This document shows, piece by piece, positions 36,435 through 42,806 of a DNA stretch of 64,000 bases. This DNA comes from Thermoanaerobaculia bacterium (GTDB lineage: Bacteria; Acidobacteriota; Thermoanaerobaculia; Multivoradales; UBA5704): the NCBI GenBank assembly GCA_035266085.1, contig DATFNZ010000012.1:2061-66060 (forward strand), read 5' to 3'. The translations under genes and the position numbers were made by a program. Below the pieces are notes generated by a model that was not told the origin of the DNA, did not search any database, and saw only the letters and a program-made list of their open reading frames with translations. Each line of letters starts with the position of its first letter. The stretch's first letter is position 1.

Positions 36435-36683
36435 ATGCGCACCACTCTCGACATTGCGGATGACGTCCTGATGGCGGTCAAAGACAGGGCGCGACGACAG
36501 AAGCGTAGCGCCGGAGACCTTCTGTCAGAGCTCGCTCGGGAGGCGTTGACGCATCGGTATCGGGAAGGCGACTCCGAAGCCAGGGAAGCGAAGAGCCTCT
36601 ACGGCTTCGACCCACTGCCTCCCCGTGGAGGGCCGGTTTCCAACGAGCTGATTGACAAGCTCCGAGAGGAAGATCTGGGTTGA
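36435..36683 (+). CDS. type II antitoxin, VapB-like
   Basis: MRTTLDIADDVLMAVKDRARRQKRSAGDLLSELAREAL fits the antitoxin pattern. The stop TGA overlaps the ATG of the PIN toxin by 1 nt. Confidence 0.7.
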   Translation: MRTTLDIADDVLMAVKDRARRQKRSAGDLLSELAREALTHRYREGDSEAREAKSLYGFDPLPPRGGPVSNELIDKLREEDLG

Positions 36684-37111
36684 TGCGAGGGCTCCTCGAC
36701 ATCAACGTGCTTCTCGCGCTACTTGATGCCGACCACGTCGACCATCAGAGAGCCCAGAAGTGGATTTCAGGGGAGATCCAGCACGGCTGGGCATCGTGCG
36801 CCCTGACGCAGAATGGATTCGTCCGCATCATCAGCCAGCCGAAGTACCCCAGCCCGGTTTCTCCTTCCGAGGCCGTCGAACGACTGCGCCGATCGACCGG
36901 CACCGAGTATCACGAGTTCTGGCCCTGCTCCATCAGCTTTCTCGAAGACCGCCGCATAAACTCCAAACACGTTCACGGGCCGCGCCAAGTGACAGATGTC
37001 TATCTTCTTGCTCTTGCCGTGGAGCATGGAGGAAGGTTTGTAACCTTCGATCATTCCATTCCTCGGTCGGCGGTGCCGGGGGCTGGGCCACAGCATCTCG
37101 TAGCTATCTGA
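36683..37111 (+). CDS. vapC: type II toxin, PIN-domain VapC family
   Basis: MRGLLDINVLLALLDADHVDH..., with a C-terminal FVTFD motif. Track ORF 36680..37111 begins at TTG; ATG 36683 is preferred. Confidence 0.85.
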   Translation: MRGLLDINVLLALLDADHVDHQRAQKWISGEIQHGWASCALTQNGFVRIISQPKYPSPVSPSEAVERLRRSTGTEYHEFWPCSISFLEDRRINSKHVHGPRQVTDVYLLALAVEHGGRFVTFDHSIPRSAVPGAGPQHLVAI

Positions 37112-37118
37112 ATAGCTC

Positions 37119-37335
37119 AAGGCGACGCCCGCGTCCAGGCACTGCTGGAGCGGCGGCTGGGGGCCTTCGAAGAGCGTACCGACCGTCGGGAAGGGAGCGT
37201 CGCCCTGGAAGGGCGGGATTTGAACAGCCCGGGGTGCCAACCCCGGGGATACAGGCCCGTACCTCCGTCCCGAGCCCCAAAGGGCCGACAGAAGCGCCCT
37301 GCAAGATTGCCTACCCTTTAAGATTCGTCGCCGCC
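37119..37335. repeat. direct-repeat copy b (full-length ~215 bp)
   Basis: The first ~90 nt match 36304-36394. From 37160 to 37335 it matches 39563-39737 (..ccttcgaagagcg..gggaagggagcgt.gccctggaagggcgggatttgaacagccc...ccgtcccgagccccaaagggccgacagaagcgccctgcaagattgcctaccc.ttaagattc.tcgccgcc). Confidence 0.65.
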
Positions 37336-37421
37336 TCTAGTACTCGTCCTAAAGTTCGTTCCGGATATGAGGGACTGTGACGTCGGGAGGTGGTGATGGG
37401 ATCCCACGTTTTCCCCGCCAC

Positions 37422-37629
37422 GGAGACGCCCCGACGTTGTCGATTCCGAAGCGGTAGGGGTGACTCGTCTGGGACGTCTCTACGGGACGATCACGCGTTG
37501 ACGGAGGGTGGGGTCAAGGCGACGCCGTGCCCTCAACCCCGTTCGTCCGGCCTGCCTCCAACGCTCCGTAGAGACGACCCAGACGGGTCACGAAGAGGTC
37601 TCGGAGGCCTCCTACGTCGGGGCGTCTCC
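37422..37629. repeat. nested palindromic element A (~208 bp) built from two inverted ~65-bp GAGACG/CGTCTC-ended units
   Basis: ggagacgccccgacgt (37422-37437) pairs with acgtcggggcgtctcc (37614-37629). Inside, gactcgtctgggacgtctctacgg pairs with ccgtagagacgacccagacgggtc. It shares the GTAGAGACG core with the MITE-like elements. Confidence 0.55.
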
Positions 37630-37693
37630 GGGGCGGAGGAATCGCTCGCTTTGCTCATCCTTCAACCGTCACGGCGTTCCGCCGTCCAGGCTT

Positions 37694-38098
37694 TCAGTGC
37701 AGCGGAAACCCGGAACCAACTTCGGGACGTCGTATTAGGCTAGGCGGCTCGCAAGGGGCAAGATCCGCGTCCGGCAGTGGGGACAAGCCAAGGTCGGCCA
37801 GAACACGGTTGATCGTGGCTGCGGCGACCTTACCAGGAGCCGTTATCTCCAGACCGATCGGCCGGCCCCCTGCGGCGAAGTCGATCAGCAGACCCGGTGC
37901 GGCCTGCTCGGTCCTGACGCTTTTCTCATTGCCCTCTCGAGGGAGATAGAGATAGGCCGCCAGCGGCCGGCCATGGCGGAATGTGATCTCTCTGCTCGCG
38001 AAGCGCCTGACACCTGGTCTGGTCTTGGAGTGCGAGAGGGCGGTAGTAAAGCGGATGGACAACGAGAGGTCTGGCGATAGATAATTTAGCAACTTCAA
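37694..38098 (-). pseudogene. degenerate copy of the DUF2283-like gene at 40137..40409
   Basis: Nucleotides ~37741-37995 are near-identical to ~40138-40392. This copy lacks the MKEPYLEITF start (the upstream sequence is unrelated). A 1-nt difference near the 3' end shifts the frame past the stop used in the other copy. Confidence 0.4.
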
Positions 38099-38112
38099 TA
38101 AGGGGACTAGAT

Positions 38113-39387
38113 ATGCGCAAGTGGCTTTTTGCCATGGCGGGTCTGGCGCTTTTTTCTGCGCCAGCTTTCACGCAGTCCAGCGAGGAATTTATCCTCCTCA
38201 AGGCTAGGAGCACTAAGGTTGGGGCCGATTGCACGGGTGGTGCTCGTTATGATGACGGAACCTTCGAATCGGGCTACAAGTTCAACAGCTTTGTTGTGTC
38301 TACGGGATCCTATGTGATGGCGTTCGATTTGCCCGCAGGAGCGAACGGCGTTACGTCGGTCTGCACCTGCTGGCTTAGGGACGTCACGGTCTCCGACCCC
38401 ACGAGCGCCATCGCATTTGCCGTCAATGTTTGGGCAGCTGACGGGCCCGGGGGTTCTCCGGGGTCTCTCCTTGGGCAAGGAGTCGGGAATGCACAAAGTG
38501 TTGGAGGTTTACCCAAGTTCTACAGGACGGAACTTAACATTCCAGTCTCTGGAAATCGAGTATGGATCGGCCCTCAGTGGTCTCCGGGTGCTGCCAGCTT
38601 CTTCTTCCTGTGCGCCGACCAAAATGGACCACTTGTCCAGCCCGCGTTTCGTTCCGAAAGCACTGCCGTACCTAGCCAAAATGTCTCCACGGTATTTCCA
38701 AACTACCGGACGCTAGGCATTCGGGCAGAGTTCAGCCTTGCGCCGGTGCCAACCGCCCCAGCTGCGCCCTCCGGCCTGTCTGCCCAAGCTGTTTCAAGTT
38801 CGGAGATCGTTCTGAACTGGCAGGATAACTCAACAAATGAAGACGCCTTCCGAGTCGAGCAGATCATCGGTAGCTCTTTCTTGGAAATTGGGACTGTTGC
38901 GTCCGGAGTCGCTACCGTGCGAGTGAACGGCTTATCACCCTCCACTCCCTATGCCTTCCGGGTGCGGGCCAGTAACGGCGCCGGCAACTCTCCTTACAGC
39001 AATACTGCTGACGCGACCACGCAAGCTGCTTCCCTCCCGCCTCCGCCGCCTGCCGGTACATGGCTCACAAACTCCCAACTCCCCGGGTTCCAGTTCAAGG
39101 TCCGGATCAGCGGCGGCTCCTTGGGAACTCAGGTAGCCGACTGTGTCCCGGAGACCCTCTGCGTCGCCGGCGCCATCCCGACCCGCTCGGAACTCTTCCT
39201 CCGGATCATCGGTCCTCGGCCGAATGGCTTCCTCTGGGCGCAGGTCATCCGCTTTACGACATCCCGGCTTGAGACGTGGGTACAGAGGACCTCGGGAGGG
39301 CCCATCCGGTACTACGACCTGCCCTCAGTACCGCAGGACAGCGCGGTGCTCTCGGGCTTGGTCGACAAGGAAGCCTTCCAGCCCTAG
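38113..39387 (+). CDS. secreted protein with a central fibronectin type III domain
   Basis: Signal peptide MRKWLFAMAGLALFSAPAFTQ. The FN3-like segment is PSGLSAQAVSSSEIVLNWQDNSTNEDAFRVEQ...LSPSTPYAFRVRASNGAGNSPYS. The flanking domains are unrecognised. GC is lower than in the flanks. Confidence 0.7.
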   Translation: MRKWLFAMAGLALFSAPAFTQSSEEFILLKARSTKVGADCTGGARYDDGTFESGYKFNSFVVSTGSYVMAFDLPAGANGVTSVCTCWLRDVTVSDPTSAIAFAVNVWAADGPGGSPGSLLGQGVGNAQSVGGLPKFYRTELNIPVSGNRVWIGPQWSPGAASFFFLCADQNGPLVQPAFRSESTAVPSQNVSTVFPNYRTLGIRAEFSLAPVPTAPAAPSGLSAQAVSSSEIVLNWQDNSTNEDAFRVEQIIGSSFLEIGTVASGVATVRVNGLSPSTPYAFRVRASNGAGNSPYSNTADATTQAASLPPPPPAGTWLTNSQLPGFQFKVRISGGSLGTQVADCVPETLCVAGAIPTRSELFLRIIGPRPNGFLWAQVIRFTTSRLETWVQRTSGGPIRYYDLPSVPQDSAVLSGLVDKEAFQP

Positions 39388-39562
39388 CCTTGCGGCCAAT
39401 TTGCCGGAGCAGCCCCTCATAGGGATCTGGCTGCTCCGGCTTTCAATTTCCCAACGCTCCCTGCTACTTGACCAGCCACCCTGCAGGTTCTCTCTATATT
39501 GGGGGCAAGCCGCCAAGAGCGCCTCGCGGGCTGCTCGCAAAGCGCCTGACACCTGATCCGGG

Positions 39563-39737
39563 TGGGGCCTTCGAAGAGCGTGCCGACCGTCGGGAAGGGA
39601 GCGTTGCCCTGGAAGGGCGGGATTTGAACAGCCCGAGGCGTCAGCCCCGGGGACGCAGGCCGGCACCTCCGTCCCGAGCCCCAAAGGGCCGACAGAAGCG
39701 CCCTGCAAGATTGCCTACCCGTTAAGATTCTTCGCCG
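39563..39737. repeat. direct-repeat copy c (~175 bp)
   Basis: Matches 37160-37335 with scattered substitutions; see copy b. Confidence 0.65.
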
Positions 39738-39815
39738 CCGGAACGAACGTCGAGCACGTGGTACTAGGAGCCTGCGCGCCAGAACGCCGGATCGCAGCGA
39801 GACCTTCCCTCTGGC

Positions 39816-40088
39816 GGCACCGTCCCTGTAGAGACGTGCCAGGTCGTAACCACAACCGTTTTTGGGTCACCACGACCGCGGGACGTCTCTTTCGGAGGGC
39901 ATGCCGCTTCAGCCGGCAAAACCCCCATGGGCGTCCCCAACGTCGGGCGCCCCTAATGTCGGGCCTGGTTCTGCCTCGCATGGGTACAGGATCCCCCGAA
40001 CGGCATACCCTTCGAAGAGACGTTCCGCGGTCGTGGTCGCCAAGAGGGTTCTGGTTACTACCTGGAACGTCTCTACGGGGACGGTGCC
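39816..40088. repeat. nested palindromic element B (~273 bp) built from two inverted ~70-bp GTAGAGACG-ended units
   Basis: ggcaccgtccctgtagagacgtgccaggtcgtaaccacaacc...caccacgaccgcgggacgtctctttcggagggcatgccg pairs with cggcatacccttcgaagagacgttccgcggtcgtggtcgcc...ggttctggttactacctggaacgtctctacggggacggtgcc. Confidence 0.55.
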
Positions 40089-40136
40089 ATCAGAGGGACG
40101 TCTCGCTGGCGAACACGCGTTCTGGCGCGCAGGCTC

Positions 40137-40409
40137 CTAGGCGGCGGTTCGCAAAGGGGCAAGATCCGCGTCCGGCAGTGGGGACAAGCCAAGGTCGGCC
40201 AGAACACGGTTGATCGTGGCTGCGGCGACCTGGCCGGGAGCAGTTATCTCCAGACCGATCGGCCGGCCCCCTGCGGCGAAGTCGATCAGCAGACCCGGTG
40301 CGGCCTGCTCGGTCCTGACGCTTTTCTCATTGTCCTCTCGAGGGAGATAGAGATAGGCCGCCAGCGGCCGGCCATGGCGGAAGGTGATCTCTAGGTAGGG
40401 TTCTTTCAT
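40137..40409 (-). CDS. DUF2283-like small protein
   Basis: Track ORF 40137..40475 trimmed to ATG 40409. MKEPYLEITFRHGRPLAAYLYLPRE...GLLIDFAAGGRPIGLEITAPG fits the DUF2283 pattern (..ayiyl...e.....vD.d..G.iiGiEi). Confidence 0.6.
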   Translation of the reverse strand: MKEPYLEITFRHGRPLAAYLYLPREDNEKSVRTEQAAPGLLIDFAAGGRPIGLEITAPGQVAAATINRVLADLGLSPLPDADLAPLRTAA

Positions 40410-40655
40410 ACGTGATGGCTCCACTTTCAGCTCGGAGTTTGCATCACCCCTTATCTTTTCAGTCGTACTTCCCAACGTTCAGGCAGTGGGGACCGTGTGC
40501 TAGCGCTGTATCCGCCCTCTCGACCGCCTTGGTTGAGTGCCTTCGCTAATCTGGGTAGCCGCACGATTTTACGTCGAGTTCGCTGCTAGTCTTGATACCT
40601 TGGTGGTGCTTGTGGCAAGCTGCGTTATCTAGGCAACTCCTGGTACTGCCTTTTC

Positions 40656-41681
40656 TTAGTAGTAGGGATTTATATCACCAAATTTCTGGGTAGAGAATAT
40701 AACATTAGGATTTCCGAAGAGAAGCCATGAGCAGTAGTAGATCCTGTCGGGAGCGGCCGCTTTCCTTCCTGCTTGCACCGCTTCACCCAGGCTGTCTCCT
40801 GCAACGAGTCCTTGGTAGAGCGCGTCATAGTAAGCGCTTACAGAAACTTCCCCTGAGCTGCCACCACTAAGGAACCTGCAGTAGGCACCTATAGATGCCA
40901 GAGCACCCTTCTTGACGAAGGTCGGCGCAACTCCGTTCATCTTACCACCAGCGTTGCAACCTAAAAAGAAGTAGACGATCGGGCCACTATCCGAATAAAG
41001 ATCGCGTACGTCAATAGGCATGCCATACGGGTTATCTATCTGCAATGAAGTGATTGTTCCATGGCACTCGAAGTGTAAGATGTCAATGTCACTTCTTCGA
41101 AACAAGCCCGCAGCAATTTCCTTTGTAGGATAAAAGTAGTGCTCGATGGCTAATGGGGTACTAAGGCCAAGAGTCGCCGATATGACATCCATGTCATGAA
41201 GAGTAGTTGGTCGTGGATCGTACGAGCATACGTGAGCGATTCGCCGAAGGCTTGGCTTCTCGCCATGCAAAACTTTAAGGAGCCATGCAGTAGCCTCGCT
41301 TCCGGCAAAAGCGTGTGCCACTATACATTCAATTCCAATCAGGCACCCCCGGCACGGGACGAGATCAACGGGAATGATTCTCTCTGAAATTACAAGAACG
41401 TGCGAGAAGCATTCTGGAAGCTTGTCCCACTCCAAAGATTCCCCTGCGCTGGCCGCCTGAAGCGCAAGTATAACGCCGAGTTCCTCTGCCAATGGCAGCC
41501 AAGTGCCTCTAGCCGCGGCGAGGCTAGTTGGTGGATGCAAGCTAAGCGCGCGATCAAGCTCATCAAGAGAACTTTGAAGCTGGCTGTCCATCCTCAGTGG
41601 GGTCACACAACAGCCTTGGGCGCGCAGGCTATTCAGCATACCGAACTCGTGCAGCGTAGTTAGGACCAGAACTCTTGTCAT
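40656..41681 (-). CDS. stand-alone CHAT-domain (caspase-fold, clan CD) protein
   Basis: Track ORF 40656..41732 trimmed to ATG 41681. The His/Cys dyad context is IDILHFECHGT ... VYFFLGCNAGG. The gene is low GC and has no TPR or other partner domain. Confidence 0.7.
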   Translation of the reverse strand: MTRVLVLTTLHEFGMLNSLRAQGCCVTPLRMDSQLQSSLDELDRALSLHPPTSLAAARGTWLPLAEELGVILALQAASAGESLEWDKLPECFSHVLVISERIIPVDLVPCRGCLIGIECIVAHAFAGSEATAWLLKVLHGEKPSLRRIAHVCSYDPRPTTLHDMDVISATLGLSTPLAIEHYFYPTKEIAAGLFRRSDIDILHFECHGTITSLQIDNPYGMPIDVRDLYSDSGPIVYFFLGCNAGGKMNGVAPTFVKKGALASIGAYCRFLSGGSSGEVSVSAYYDALYQGLVAGDSLGEAVQAGRKAAAPDRIYYCSWLLFGNPNVIFSTQKFGDINPYY

Positions 41682-41685
41682 AATT

Positions 41686-42225
41686 CTACTCTGAGTTGAT
41701 ACGACCAACTTCCCCCGGCCGATGAAGCGCATCCTTCAGCCGCTCGATCGCCAGATCCACGATGGTTTGTGTGACAAAGAGGCTGCTGACTTTGTAGAGC
41801 TCTCGGAGGTGGTGCTCGGCAGCTTCAATGGGAATCCGGCCCATCTGGTGCGCTTTGGCAATGATGCCCAGAGAGCCAACGGGAGTGAGTCCGAGACTCC
41901 TCGCGGTTCGTCGCACCGCGAGATCGTCGGTCAGCAGCAGAGGCACCGCAAGCTTCGAACAGAGCAGGAGGCTCTCCCGCTCTCCTGATTGAAGCTTCGA
42001 CAGCCCATGGTCTGCCGTGAATCTCGTGATCTCGTCTCTCTGGAGGGAGTGACGCTTCGCGAACGTGAGCCCGTCCCGGATCGTCGAAGGCCGGTCTGCC
42101 TCTTGCCAGACACCCTCGGGGATGTGGAGCTCCTCGAAGATCGAGAGGAGGGGCAGGCAATCGATTTCCGCGAGATGGATCAATGGGCCGGTATCGGCGA
42201 CCGCGACTAGTGGCCCTGAGCCCAC
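41686..42225 (-). CDS. DUF3368 (PIN-like) putative toxin
   Basis: GTG start. VADTGPLIHLAEIDCLPLL...ESLLLCSKLAVPLLLTDDLAVRRTARSLGLTPVGSLGII is typical of DUF3368 PIN-like proteins paired with UPF0175. Confidence 0.75.
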   Translation of the reverse strand: MGSGPLVAVADTGPLIHLAEIDCLPLLSIFEELHIPEGVWQEADRPSTIRDGLTFAKRHSLQRDEITRFTADHGLSKLQSGERESLLLCSKLAVPLLLTDDLAVRRTARSLGLTPVGSLGIIAKAHQMGRIPIEAAEHHLRELYKVSSLFVTQTIVDLAIERLKDALHRPGEVGRINSE

Positions 42226-42455
42226 TCCAGATCCTCGTTCATCGCCGTGTACTGTTGCTCCGCAAGCTCTACCCAGTCGATGCCCACACGCTCGATTGCC
42301 TTCTCTCTGGAAAGCTCTCCACGCAGAAACTGGCCCAGGGTCCGCTCGCGCCAGAGTTGGCGAAGGCCAGCTTCAAAGGCCATCGCCATGATCTCCGCTT
42401 CGGACTTTTGGAGTTCCCGCGCCAGGCGTGCAAGGGAGGTTGAGGTGGTTGCCAT
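42207..42455 (-). CDS. UPF0175-family putative antitoxin
   Basis: Track ORF 42207..42569 trimmed to ATG 42455. ...EAEIMAMAFEAGLRQLWRERTLGQFLRGELSREKAIERVGIDWVELAE fits UPF0175. It overlaps the DUF3368 gene by 19 nt. Confidence 0.7.
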   Translation of the reverse strand: MATTSTSLARLARELQKSEAEIMAMAFEAGLRQLWRERTLGQFLRGELSREKAIERVGIDWVELAEQQYTAMNEDLEWAQGH

Positions 42456-42543
42456 GGGGCTTCTCGGGTTGGCCTCGGCGGGAACGCCGATGCTGTGGGA
42501 AAGTTTAGCAGACTTGATGCAGGGGCGCAGGATCTCGGAAGCG

Positions 42544-42610
42544 AATCGACAGGATCCCCCCGCGTCCACGCCGGCAGCCCGGCGGAAGAAGTACGCTCAA
42601 TGCGACTCGG
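42544..42610 (+). pseudogene. short internal fragment of a methyltransferase gene (copy of 47961..48026)
   Basis: aatcgacaggatcccc..gccggcagcccggcggaagaagtacgctcaatgcgactc compares with gatcgacatgatccccgcg..gggcggcccggcggaagaagtaccctcaatgcgacttc in the intact gene 47706..48341 (peptide AARRKKY.QCD in both). Confidence 0.5.
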
Positions 42611-42806
42611 TGCCAGCGGACAGGCAGGCCAGCAGGAGAAACAGGGCGGAGAGAGCCGCCCGCCTGCAGGGGACGAAGAACAGCTCAATCTGCTTTGACG
42701 GACCACTACGCGGCTCGCAAAGGGGGCGAAAGAGGGGAGGAGCCCGCAGGCTTCTCCCGTTCTTCTCGTGGTGCTGGCCCCGCTAGCCGGCGAAGGATTG
42801 TGCAAA

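Noticed and set aside
37205-37245. tRNA or tRNA fragment suggested by GGGATTTGAAC (minus strand GTTCAAATCC T-loop string), also at 39607-39645.
   Set aside because: The flanking bases do not form a T-stem or an acceptor stem, and no anticodon arm or CCA context is evident. At best it is a decayed remnant.
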